Below are positions 29,130 through 41,993 of a stretch of DNA of 64,000 nt, in pieces. The stretch covers positions 84,754,001-84,818,000 of the forward strand of contig OX597823.1 of assembly GCA_951406725.2 (NCBI GenBank), given 5' to 3'. A program made the translations under genes and the position numbers. Positions within the stretch are counted from its first letter, which is position 1. Every line of letters begins with the position of its first letter. This stretch comes from Octopus vulgaris. Its lineage: Eukaryota. Under the pieces are notes generated by a model. It searched no databases. It was not told the origin of the DNA and worked only from the letters and a program-made list of their open reading frames with translations.

Positions 29130-29550
29130 TAATTTATTATATAGAAGGAGCTTCTACAGGACTAGTACTGTTTCATTCAAGAGAAATCTTCAGGAAGCTA
29201 TTTAACAAGAATTGTATTAGCATTTATACATTTAGGCAGGTTTAAAGGAGTGGTGGTGGGGGACTTTTTTGGGGGTAGGCATAGCGCAAAATATCATACT
29301 TGGGGGAGTGGTCAAGGAGTCAGTGGTAAGTTAGATGAAAGAATAGATAAATAAAAAAATAAAAAAATAAAATAAAAAAATAAAAAAATTATAAAATAAT
29401 AAAAAAATAAAAAATAAAAAATATATATAAAAAATATATATATAAAAAAATATATATATATAAAAAAAGGGGGGATAGAGTTATAGGTAAATAAGGAGAT
29501 TCTCACTTATACCTATACACATATATATACGTATATACACACATATATAT

Positions 29551-29605
<55 letters not shown>

Positions 29606-29896
29606 CACACATACATACATATCTACATACACACATACATACACCCGCCCACATATACAAATTTATACACATGCACATGCATATACCTGTCTACACATAC
29701 ACACACGTATATATGCATACACTCACTCCCATGCATGCACGCATACACACATGTATATATATACCCACGACCACACATACATATATACACAGAAAAATAT
29801 ATATTCATACGCACATACACTCATGCACACACAACACACCTAGTTCCCTATATACACATATTTACACCTATATATACATACACCCACATACACATA

Positions 29897-29940
<44 letters not shown>

Positions 29941-30041
29941 CACGCATACATATATATACATGTGTGCACATACATACATATACACATATACATACACATA
30001 CACATACACATGTGTACCTATACATACCTACACATACACAC

Positions 30042-30092
<51 letters not shown>

Positions 30093-30484
30093 CCAATACA
30101 GGCCCATTCCCTAATTTTAATTTTATTATCTTCATTTATTACTTTTGTTATCTTTGATCGCTAGAGCTAAGGATCCTGGCTATGGCAGCATGTCCATTTG
30201 TCTGTCTACTAGAAGGCAAGTACTCATTCCCGCACGCACACTCATTAGCACGTACATTCACCCATTCGTACACTCATACACATACACGTACGCACGCGTT
30301 ATATTCATACATACAAACATCTACATACTTTCACGTATATACACATACGTACTCGTACCTACAGATTCGTGTCTACACTTTAGGAGGCTAGTCTATACAT
30401 ATACACCAATAAATATACATATATATATATATATACACATATACATACACATACACACATATACTCCTACATACAGATACATAC

Positions 30485-30517
<33 letters not shown>

Positions 30518-31241
30518 CATACACACACACACATATATATACACACACATACATACACATATATATACATACACAAACATATATACACACATATATATAT
30601 ATATATACACACATACACACACATACATACATATACACATACAAACACATACATACGTATACATACATACATACATCCATACATCCATACTTACATGCAT
30701 TTATACGCATACACACACCCATCTCTATATATATATATATATATATATACACACTCACACATACATATACAAATATACGCACACACATACATACATACAC
30801 GTATACACATACACGCACATACACATATACATGCGTACCCATACACGTGCACACACGCACGTGCATCCATATATATACACACACACACATATATACACGT
30901 GTGCAAGCATACATACATACTCATACACGCACACATACTTACATATACATATATGCACACACTTACACACATATATACATACACATATACATGCATACAT
31001 ACATATATGCATACATACACATACACGCACATACACATATACATGCGTACCCATACACGTGCACACACGCACGCGCATCCATATATATACACACACACAC
31101 ATATATACACGTGTGCAAGCATACATACATACTCATACACGCACACATACTTACATATACATATATGCACACACTTACAGACATATATACATACACATAT
31201 ACATGCATACATACATATATGCATACATACACACACGCGCA

Positions 31242-31287
<46 letters not shown>

Positions 31288-31458
31288 TACATACATACAC
31301 ATACATATACATACACATATACATATACATACACATACACATACATACATATATATACACATATATACACATATACACATACATATATACACATATACAT
31401 ACATATACATACACACACACATACATATATACTTATACACTGATACACATACCCATAC

Positions 31459-31489
<31 letters not shown>

Positions 31490-31609
31490 TATACACATGC
31501 ATATACTTATATCTCTACATACTCACATATAAACATATATATATATACACACATATATATATACATGTACATAAACATACATATATATATATATATACAT
31601 ATATATACC

Positions 31610-31643
<34 letters not shown>

Positions 31644-32284
31644 TACATATACACATATACATGTATACATACGCAATAATGATACACATATATACACATA
31701 CACACACATAGACAGATGCATATACATACATATATATATAAATTACATATCTATATAAATACATACATAATACACATATACACACACATATATATACATG
31801 CATATACATATACAAATATACATACACATACATACACACACACGCGCACACATACATATACACACACACATATATACAAATACATACATACACACATACA
31901 CACACACACATATATACATACATGTACACATATACATATATATATATCAACAAGGGAGGGTAAAGTTAATTAGTTATAAATCAATTTCACCAAGTATTCA
32001 GTATGTAAAGGGACCATTATTATTTTGAGTAAACAATGTTAGAGGAAAAAAATTCTCTAAGTAGTGGAAGAGGCTAAAAAACTTTATTGGCTGCTATTTC
32101 TAGAAAGTTTAGTATGTGGCAAAGTAATTTATTTTATTTTACTAAGCCCTAATTATATAATATTTTATACATACATACACATACATAAACACATACATTT
32201 ACACATACATATGCATATACGTATATACACATATACATACAGACACATATACATATATACACACACACACACATATACACAAGC

Positions 32285-32316
<32 letters not shown>

Positions 32317-32378
32317 GCAAATATATATACATATATATATTTTTACATGCATACATACACACACACACACATAATACA
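29130..32378 (-). repeat. Left arm of ~3.25 kb inverted repeat (inverted copy of the Penelope-like element's 3' region, 33887-37135)
   Basis: Unique islands match in reverse complement, giving identical N-terminal ORF translations at 30145+/36132-, 32064+/34197- and 29506-/36759+. The arms differ by microsatellite lengths and a few substitutions. Confidence 0.95.
29149..29199 (-). ncRNA. Hammerhead ribozyme (inverted copy)
   Basis: Exact reverse complement of 37066-37116. Confidence 0.8.
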
Positions 32379-32837
32379 AGGGATTCATTTGGTTTGTGGT
32401 ACGGGTAATAAAGTGAGGTTTTTAAGTCGAGGGTGACATCGAGGAAGTTAGCCTTTGTTAAGTTGGATTCTAGGGTAATCCTAAGGCCTAAGTTTTTAAA
32501 GAAGGTGTGAAGATTTTTCCGGAACCCATCCGTGGTCCTGGGGTTTATATTGTGGAGGGCGAAAAGGCCGTCATCTCGGTAAAGACCACCGGAGAGGCTG
32601 AAAACCCTATTCACAGGCCTCTCCGGTGGTCTTTACCGAGATGACGGCCTTTTCGCCCTCCACAATATAAACCCCAGGACCACGGATGGGTTCCGGAAAA
32701 ATCTTCACACCTTCTTTAAAAACTTAGGCCTTAGGATTACCCTAGAATCCAACTTAACAAAGGCTAACTTCCTCGATGTCACCCTCGACTTAAAAACCTC
32801 ACTTTATTACCCGTACCACAAACCAAATGAATCCCTT
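32378..32837. repeat. 221-bp perfect inverted repeat with 18-nt loop at the 5' break of the retroelement
   Basis: 32378-32598 is the reverse complement of 32617-32837. Both arms encode LSGGLYRDDGLFAL...YYPYHKPNESL. Confidence 0.93.
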
Positions 32838-33711
32838 AGATATATAGATATCAATTCCAACCACCCCAAAAATATATTAGATAACCTAGTAAAAAGTGTC
32901 TCAATTAGAATCTCTAGCCTGTCCGCCACGGAAGATATCTTTAAGGCCGCAGCCCCCTATTACAACGAGGCCCTGGCCCGCAGTGGTTTTAAAGATAAGA
33001 TTACCTACACTAGTATAGCCCCACGCCAACCCAGGAAAAATAGACGAAGACACATTAGCTGGTACAACCCCCCTTCAACCGTGAGGTCGCTACACCTGTA
33101 GCTAAGATCTTTTTCACTCTCCTACAGAAACACTTCCCCACCCAACATAAGTACTACACTATCCTAAATAAGAACACTATTAGACTCTCCTACTCTACGA
33201 CGCCCAATCTAGCCAGGAACCTAGCCAACAACAATGTGAAAAAACTTAACATATCTACTTTCTCCGGGGCCCATCCAACGTCCGATAGCAGTTGCAACTG
33301 CCATGATAAAACCACCTGCCCCCTCAACAACAACTGCCTACAGAGGGACCTAGTATATAAATGCGAGGTAAGATCAGGCCTTGACGATAAAAGTAAATCC
33401 TACATTGGAATGACGTCAAACAGCTTTAAGACCCGCTGGTACGCACACACACACTCGTTCCGGCGACAGGATAAATCCAACCAAACTACCCTCGCCGCCC
33501 ACATCTGGTACCTTAAAAGGAACTCAATCCCCTTCAAGACCAAGTGGAAACTACTACAGAAGGCGCGCTCGTACACAGGAGGACATACCTGCTGTGACCT
33601 ATGCATATCAGAGAGCCTCTCCTTAACAAATTTTCAGAACACTCCCCAAATTGCATGCATAAGAAGTATGCGAACTACAGGAACTATAGACCTACCCGGC
33701 AACCTGATTGA
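32617..33711 (+). pseudogene. 5'-truncated Penelope-like (Naiad-like) ORF: RT C-terminus/thumb plus GIY-YIG endonuclease, with two frameshifts
   Basis: GLYRDD RT catalytic motif, NFLDVTLDL, SNHP, WYNP(P/F)..KHFP, CNC-x5-CPL-x3-C, LVYKC...YIGMT...FKTRW..H, CCDLCISE, then LNKFSE..CMHKK..TGA in a shifted frame. There is a -1 frameshift in the C run at ~33068-33073 and an apparent small deletion near 33620. Confidence 0.9.
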
Positions 33712-34618
33712 TGACAACCCCCCTACAACCCCCCTACAACCCCCCCCCAACCCCACTGTTCCCCTAGCACCCCCGATTACCTTTTCTCCTAAGACCTTTC
33801 ACATATTGTATGTGCACGCTTGTATATGTGTATCGTATGTATGTATATATGTATAGAAATGCATGGGTACAGTAGGAATATACGCATGTATTATGTGTGT
33901 GTGTGTGTATGTATGCATGTAAAAATATATATATGTATATATATTTGCATATATATATATATATATATATATGTATGTGCTTGTATATGTGTGTGTGTGT
34001 GTATATATGTATATGTGTCTGTATGTATATGTGTATATACGTATATGCATATGTATGTGTAAATGTATGTGTTTATGTATGTGTATGTATGTATAAAATA
34101 TTATATAATTAGGGCTTAGTAAAATAAAATAAATTACTTTGCCACATACTAAACTTTCTAGAAATAGCAGCCAATAAAGTTTTTTAGCCTCTTCCACTAC
34201 TTAGAGAATTTTTTTCCCTCTAACATTGTTTACTCAAAATAATAATGGTCCCTTTACATACTGAATACTTGGTGAAATTGATTTATAACTAATTAACTTT
34301 ACCCTCCCTTGTTGATATATATATATGTATATGTGTACATGTATGTATATATGTGTGTGTGTGTATGTGTGTATGTATGTATTTGTATATATGTGTGTGT
34401 GTATATGTATGTGTGCGCGTGTGTGTGTATGTATGTGTATGTATATTTGTATATGTATATGCATGTATATATATGTGTGTGTATATGTGTATTATGTATG
34501 TATTTATATAGATATGTAATTTATATATATATGTATGTATATGCATCTGTCTATGTGTGTGTATGTGTATATATGTGTATCATTATTGCGTATGTATACA
34601 TGTATATGTGTATATGTA

Positions 34619-34654
<36 letters not shown>

Positions 34655-34774
34655 GGTATATATATGTATATATATATATATATGTATGTTTATGTACATG
34701 TATATATATATGTGTGTATATATATATATGTTTATATGTGAGTATGTAGAGATATAAGTATATGCATGTGTATA

Positions 34775-34805
<31 letters not shown>

Positions 34806-34978
34806 GTATGGGTATGTGTATCAGTGTATAAGTATATATGTATGTGTGTGTGTATGTATATGTATGTATATGTGTATATATGTATGTGTATATGTGTATA
34901 TATGTGTATATATATATGTATGTATGTGTATGTGTATGTATATGTATATGTGTGTGTATATGTATGTGTATGTATGTA

Positions 34979-35030
<52 letters not shown>

Positions 35031-35756
35031 TGCGCGTGTGTGTATGTATGCATATATGTATGTATGCATGTATATATGTATGTATATATGTGTGTAAGTG
35101 TGTGCATATATGTATATGTAAGTATGTGTGTGTGTATGAGTATGTATGTATGCTTGCACACGTGTATATATGTGTGTGTGTGTATATATATGGATGCGCG
35201 TGCGTGTGTGCACGTGTATGGGTACGCATGTATATGTGTATGTGCGTGTATGTGTATGTATGCATATATGTATGTATGCATGTATATGTGTATGTATATA
35301 TATGTGTGTAAGTGTGTGCATATATGTATATGTAAGTATGTGTGCGTGTATGAGTATGTATGTATGCTTGCACACGTGTATATATGTGTGTGTGTGTATA
35401 TATATGGATGCACGTGCGTGTGTGCACGTGTATGGGTACGCATGTATATGTGTATGTGCGTGTATGTGTATACGTGTATGTATGTATGTGTGTGCGTATA
35501 TTTGTATATGTATGTGTGAGTGTGTATATATATATATATATATATATAGAGAGATGGGTGTGTGTATGCGTATAAATGCATGTAAGTATGGATGTATGGA
35601 TGTATGTATGTATGTATACGTATGTATGTGTTTGTGTGTATATGTATGTATGTGTGTGTATGTGTGTATATATATATATATATGTGTGTATATATGTTTG
35701 TGTATGTATATATATGTGTATGTATGTGTGTGTATATATATGTGTGTGTGTGTATG

Positions 35757-35793
<37 letters not shown>

Positions 35794-36184
35794 TATGTAT
35801 CTGTATGTAGGAGTATATGTGTGTATGTGTATGTATATGTGTATATATATATATATATGTATATTTATTGGTGTATATGTATAGACTAGCCTCCTAAAGT
35901 GTAGACACGAATCTGTAGGTACGAGTACGTATGTGTATATACGTGAAAGTATGTAGATGTTTGTATGTATGAATATAACGCGTGCGTACGTGTATGTGTA
36001 TGAGTGTACGAATGGGTGAATGTACGTGCTAATGAGTGTGCGTGCGGGAATGAGTACTTGCCTTCTAGTAGACAGACAAATGGACATGCTGCCATAGCCA
36101 GGATCCTTAGCTCTAGCGATCAAAGATAACAAAAGTAATAAATGAAGATAATAAAATTAAAATTAGGGAATGGGCCTGTATTGG

Positions 36185-36231
<47 letters not shown>

Positions 36232-36330
36232 GTGTATGTGTAGGTATGTATAGGTACACATGTGTATGTGTATGTGTATGTATATGTGTATATGTATGTA
36301 TGTGCACACATGTATATATATGTATGCGTG

Positions 36331-36370
<40 letters not shown>

Positions 36371-36661
36371 TATGTGTATGTGGGTGTATGTATATATAGG
36401 TGTAAATATGTGTATATAGGGAACTAGGTGTGTTGTGTGTGCATGAGTGTATGTGCGTATGAATATATATTTTTCTGTGTATATATGTATGTGTGGTCGT
36501 GGGTATATATATACATGTGTGTATGCGTGCATGCATGGGAGTGAGTGTATGCATATATACGTGTGTGTATGTGTAGACAGGTATATGCATGTGCATGTGT
36601 ATAAATTTGTATATGTGGGCGGGTGTATGTATGTGTGTATGTAGATATGTATGTATATGTT

Positions 36662-36714
<53 letters not shown>

Positions 36715-37065
36715 ATATATATGTGTGTAGATACGTATATATATGTGTATAGGTATAAGTGAGAATCTCCTTATTTACCTATAACTCTATCCCCCCTTTT
36801 TTTATATATATATATTTTTTTATATATATATTTTTTATATATATTTTTTATTTTTTATTTTTTTATTATTTTATAATTTTTTTATTTTTTTATTTTATTT
36901 TTTTATTTTTTTATTTATCTATTCTTTCATCTAACTTACCACTGACTCCTTGACCACTCCCCCAAGTATGATATTTTGCGCTATGCCTACCCCCAAAAAA
37001 GTCCCCCACCACCACTCCTTTAAACCTGCCTAAATGTATAAATGCTAATACAATTCTTGTTAAAT

Positions 37066-37116
37066 AGCTTCCTGAAGATTTCTCTTGAATGAAACAGTAC
37101 TAGTCCTGTAGAAGCT
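37066..37116 (+). ncRNA. Type I hammerhead ribozyme in the element terminus
   Basis: AGCUUC-CUGAAGA-UUUCUCUUGAAU-GAAA-CAG-UACUAGUC-CUG-UA-GAAGCU. Helix I is 6 bp, the CUGANGA/GAAA core is intact, helix II is UUC/GAA, helix III is ACAG/CUGU, and the cleavage triplet is GUA (cut after 37110). Confidence 0.85.
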
Positions 37117-37199
37117 CCTTCTATATAATAAATTAATTTTACTCTGCTATGTATTGAGTACCTTACTTACTGTGGTTAACCCCGAATCAACCCGGGACC

Positions 37200-37252
<53 letters not shown>

Positions 37253-37282
37253 GTATATATATTTATGTATATATAAATATAT

Positions 37283-37721
37283 CCTTTTATTCTTTTGTTT
37301 CAGTCATTTGAATGAGGCCATGCTGGAGCACCGCCTTCAGGCGAACAAATCAACCCCAGGACTTACTTTTTGTAAGCCTAGTACTTATTCAATCGGTGTC
37401 TTTTGTCGAACTGCTAGATTACGGAGACGTAAAAACGCTAACATGGGTTGTCAAGAAATGGCGTAGGGAAGAAGCACACGCGGAGTAAATAAAACAGGGG
37501 ACAACTGATGAAGGGAATGTTCTTTATGTTGCATGTCTTGTTTCTTTGTTTGTTTATTTCGTTGTACAAAAGAAGTTCGTTTTCTATGTTTTCGCTTTTT
37601 ATGTTCTTGTTTCTCATTCTGTGTACGTTTCTTTGATGTCCTATATGTGTATGTATATATACATATATATGTAGGTATGTACATATATGTATGTATATAC
37701 GCATATATTTATATATTATTC

Positions 37722-37778
<57 letters not shown>

Positions 37779-37935
37779 TACAGGCTTCTTTCAGCTTCCG
37801 TCTACTGAATCCACTCAGGAGTCTTTGGTCGACCCGAGGCTATAGTAGAAGACACTTGCCGAAGGTACACGCAGTGAAAATGAACCCGGAACCATGTGTT
37901 TGGGAAACAAGCTTCTTCCCACTCAACTCTTGCGT
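37283..37935 (-). mobile_element. SINE family B with an unrelated insert (~37467-37640) in its middle
   Basis: 3' half at 37283-37460 and head half at ~37780-37935. Confidence 0.7.
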
Positions 37936-38261
37936 CTAGATGCATATATATATATTTTCGAAATCCATTTCAGAAAAGCTTCACGAGCAACAAAGGTTGT
38001 GCCATTAAACACTCTAGATCGAAGTGGCTCAAAAATTGCAACACAAAATAATTTATACTTTGTGGGAGACACGATACCGGGACACATGACATGCTGTCCA
38101 TAGAATGGACTTCAGTCACCATCAATGAGGGTGGTTTGACTGGGTGTGCTTGCTTAAGTTCACTAGTTGCTGATCGCACGATAGAAACCCGGTACTTCGT
38201 TAGTAAGACCAGTAACGAGGTCGTCAACACTGGAAATCTGTTCACTCCATTCGTATTTTTA

Positions 38262-38690
38262 TCTTTTATCTTTTGTTTCACTCATGTAACTGCAGCCATG
38301 CTGGGGCACTGAATTGAGAAATTGTTTTAGTCGAATAAATCGACTCCTGTACATTGTTTAAAAGCGCGGTACCTTTTCTGTCAGTTTCTTTTGCCGAATC
38401 GCTAAGTTCCGGGGAAGTAACCACACTAACGGAAGTTGTCAAGCGGTGGTGGGACAAATAAAGGCATACGAACACATACAACCACAAACACATACGCTCG
38501 CGCATGCGGGTGTGCTCACACACATACACATACGACAGGCCTCTTTGAGTTACTGTCTACCCAACCCTCTGAAAAGGATTTGGTCGACCCGATGCCACAG
38601 TAAAATACACTTGCTCAAGTTCCGCGCATTGGGAATGAACCCGGAACCTTGTGGCTTGAAAGCAAACTTCTTACTATACATCCACGTCTG
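38262..38690 (-). mobile_element. SINE family B, degenerate
   Basis: Collinear with 19058-19472. Confidence 0.7.
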
Positions 38691-38876
38691 GGTCTATCTC
38701 TAAGATTGCTTAATGTCGAGGTATTCCGTTACTAATTTTCCTGTATTTTATTGATAGTTGCTGTGATGGTTAATTGTTACTGTGAAGACTCAATTCCACC
38801 TCAGCAACCACCAAACAAATAAAACACAAGAAATACAGCTCCGTAACACACCGTTCCTTCTAGAGAAATGCCTTAA

Positions 38877-39732
38877 AAGGCGGCAAGCTGGTAGAAACAT
38901 TAGCACGCCAGACAAAATGTTTAGTGTTGTTTCATCTGTCTACGTTCTGAGTTCAAATTCCGCCGAAGTCGATTTTACCTTTCATCCTTTCGCGGTCGAT
39001 AAATTGGGTACCAGTTGTGTACTGGGGTTGATCTAATCGACTGGCCTCCCCACCCTAGAAATGATGTGTCGTGTGTCTAGTGTAGAAGAGAATATCTAAG
39101 GAGTGAAAAGCGGTGAGCTGGTAGAAACGTTAGCACGCCGGGCGAAATGCCTAGCAGTATTTCGTCTGCCGCTACGTTCTGAGTTCAAATTCCGCCGAGG
39201 TCGACTTTGCCTTTCATCCTTTCGGGGTCGATTAAATAAGTACTAGTTACCCACTAGGGTCGATGTAATCGACTTAATCCGTTTGTCCGTCCTTGTTTGT
39301 CCCCTCTGTGTTTAGCCCCTTGTGGGTAGTAAAGAAATAGGTATTTCGTCTATCTTTACGTTCTCGGTTCAAATTCAGCCGAGGTCGACTTTGCCTTTCA
39401 TCCTTTCGGGGTTGATAAATTAAGTACAAGTTGTGTACTGGGGTTGTTCTAATTGACTGGCCCCCTCCCCGCAAAATTCGGGTCTTGTGCCTAGAGTAGA
39501 AAAGAATATATAAAGAGTGAAAGGCAGCGACTTGGCAGAAACGTTAGCACGCCGGGCGAAATGCTTAGCAGTGCTTCGTCTGTCTACGTTCTGAGTTCAA
39601 ATTCCGCCGAGGTTGATTTTGCCTTTCATTCTTTCAGGGTCGATAAATTAAGTGGCAGTTGCGTACTGGGATCGATCTAATCGACTGGTCCCCTCCCCAA
39701 AAATTCGGGCCTTGTGTGTAGAGTAGAAAAGA
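38877..39732 (+). mobile_element. Tandem cluster of SINE family C (monomer, dimer, monomer)
   Basis: Heads at ~38878, ~39109 and ~39521. AAGAATAT.TAA.GAGTGAAA flanks the central dimer as a probable TSD. Confidence 0.85.
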
Positions 39733-41725
39733 AATTCCTTAAGTATCTCGGAGCAGTAATTGGAAGAATCTTAGCATTCTGGCAAATTTTAAGTAACATT
39801 TCCCAGAAAGTTAAAGAGGAAGTTACTGGACAGGAACTTAGCCGAACATGAGAAAAAAAAAAGAAAAAGAAAACGAAAAATGAGACCGAAGATCACCGGG
39901 GTGTTTTCCATTTGTCTTCGATATCTTTATCATTTTGTTGTTTCAGTCGACAGACTGTGGCCATGCTGGAGCACAGCCTTAAAGAAATTTTAGTTGAATG
40001 AATCGAACCCAGGATCTATTCTCATCTCTTTAAGGCTGGTACTTACTCTATCAGTCTTGTATGCTAGAGCGCTAGATGTAAAAACCCTAACACCGGTTGT
40101 CAAGCGGAGATGAAGACAAACACACACACACATGCATACACACACACACAGACACACACATACACATACACACAAAATGGGCTGCATTCTAAAAAATCTA
40201 CTCGCGTGGCTTTGGTCGGCTCGAGGTTGTACCAGAAGACACACGCCCAAAGAGCCATCCAATGGGGCTGAACCCAAAGCTATGAGGTTGGGAAGCAAAC
40301 ATCTTACCACACAACCACAACAGCACCAATACATGTTTGGATGAAACCAATCAATAATCTATATTATATCTATTTATATATATTGCGATTGTAGGGACCA
40401 TGTACTAAGAACATCCCTACTATACACATGCTGTTGCATTACTGAATATTGGGCACGAATAACGGGGCGTAGCATTCATACAAATAAATTCGAATTCTAA
40501 GTAAATAATTATGGGTTATATCCGATGCAAAAAATTTATTTTTTAATGATAAAATGTAAACATAAGTGCAGGCGTGGGTGTGTGATAAGAAATTTGCGTG
40601 CTAACCACATGACTCCGAGTTCAGTCTCACTCCACGATACCTTAGGAAAGTGTCTTTTAATATATCCTCAGGCCGACCAAAGCCTTTGAGTAGATTTGGG
40701 AGACGAGAAATTTGATAGAAGCCCATCGTGTATGTATGTATGTATGTATGTATGTATGTATGTATGTATGTATGTATGTATGTATGTATGTATGTATGTA
40801 TGTATGTATGTATGTATATATGTATGTATGTATGCATGTATGTATGTATGTATATACATATACATACATGCATACATACATACATACATATATACGTATA
40901 TATATGGAGGCGCAATGGTCCAAACATGTATTGGTGCTGTTGTGGTTGTGTGGTAAGATGTTTGCTTCCCAACCTCATAGCTTTGGGTTCAGCCCCATTG
41001 GATGGCTCTTTGGGCGTGTGTCTTCTGGTACAACCTCGTGCCGACCAAAGCCACGCGAGTAGATTTTTTAGAATGCAGCCCATTTTGTGTGTATGTGTAT
41101 GTGTGTGTGTGTGTGTATGCATGTGTGTGTGTGTGTGTGTGTGTGTTTGTCTTCATCTCCGCTTGACAACCGGTGTTAGGGTTTTTACATCTAGCGCTCT
41201 AGCATACAAGACTGATAGAGTAAGTACCAGCCTTAAAGAGATGAGAATAAATCCTGGGTTCGATTCATTCAACTAAAATTTCTTTAAGGCTGTGCTCCAG
41301 CATGGCCACAGTCTGTTGACTGAAACAACAAAACGATAAAGATATCGAAGACAAATGGAAAACACCCCGGTGATCTTCGGTCTCATTTTTCGTTTTCTTT
41401 TTCTTTTTTTTTTCTCATGTTCGGCTAAGTTCCTGTCCAGTAACTTCCTCTTTAACTTTCTGGGAAATGTTACTTAAAATTTGCCAGAATGCTAAGATTC
41501 TTCCAATTACTGCTCCGAGATACTTAAGGAATTTCTTTTCTACTCTACACACAAGGCCCGAATTTTTGGGGAGGGGACCAGTCGATTAGATCGATCCCAG
41601 TACGCAACTGCCACTTAATTTATCGACCCTGAAAGGATGAAAGGCAAAATCAACCTCGGCGGAATTTGAACTCAGAACGTAGACAGACGAAGCACTGCTA
41701 AGCATTTCGCCCGGCGTGCTAACGT
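39541..41725. repeat. ~800-bp inverted duplication (39541-40341 / 40919-41725) with ~577-bp spacer
   Basis: The reverse-complement match spans SINE C, unique DNA and SINE B, with only a handful of substitutions. Confidence 0.95.
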
Positions 41726-41993
41726 AAGATCGCGGCTTCGATCCCCAGACCAAGCGTTGTGAGTGTTTATTGAGGGAAAACCTCTAAAATCTCCACGAGG
41801 CTCTAGCAGGGGGTGGTGGAGATCCATGTTGTAACTCTTTCCCCACAATTTCCTCTCACTCTTTCTTCTATTGGCCAGCTCGTTTAGCCAGCGGGGTGGC
41901 GTCATTTGAAGGCTAAAACAATGCGAAGCGCCCTGTGACCAGCGATGTGTAGCAACATCTGATAGCCTGGTCGGTCACGGTGGTCACGGTGAT
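40905..41993 (+). mobile_element. SINE with family A head and alternative tail, interrupted by the inverted duplication
   Basis: TGGAGGCGCAATGG at 40905-40918 resumes as AAGATCGCGGCTTCGATCCCCAGACC at 41726. Confidence 0.8.

Larger units (their letters stand above)
32617..37200 (+). mobile_element. Penelope-like retrotransposon, 5'-truncated, with long microsatellite-rich 3' region and hammerhead-bearing terminus, inserted in (TA)n
   Basis: ORF remnant followed by ~3.4 kb of mosaic repeat and a unique terminal segment (36930-37200) with a hammerhead. (TA)n lies on both outer flanks. That the whole 3' region belongs to the element is inference. Confidence 0.75.

Noticed and set aside
33290-33714. 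Selenocysteine recoding, as reported for some Naiad elements
   Set aside because: All conserved Cys positions here use TGC/TGT. The TGA-TGA at 33709-33714 follows the expected C-terminus, and I see no convincing SECIS.
30145-36132. 432-aa and 466-aa His/Ile/Tyr/Thr-rich ORFs
   Set aside because: Mirror-image translations of the (CA/TA) mosaic in the two palindrome arms. Frames diverge between arms with tract length, so they are not under coding constraint.
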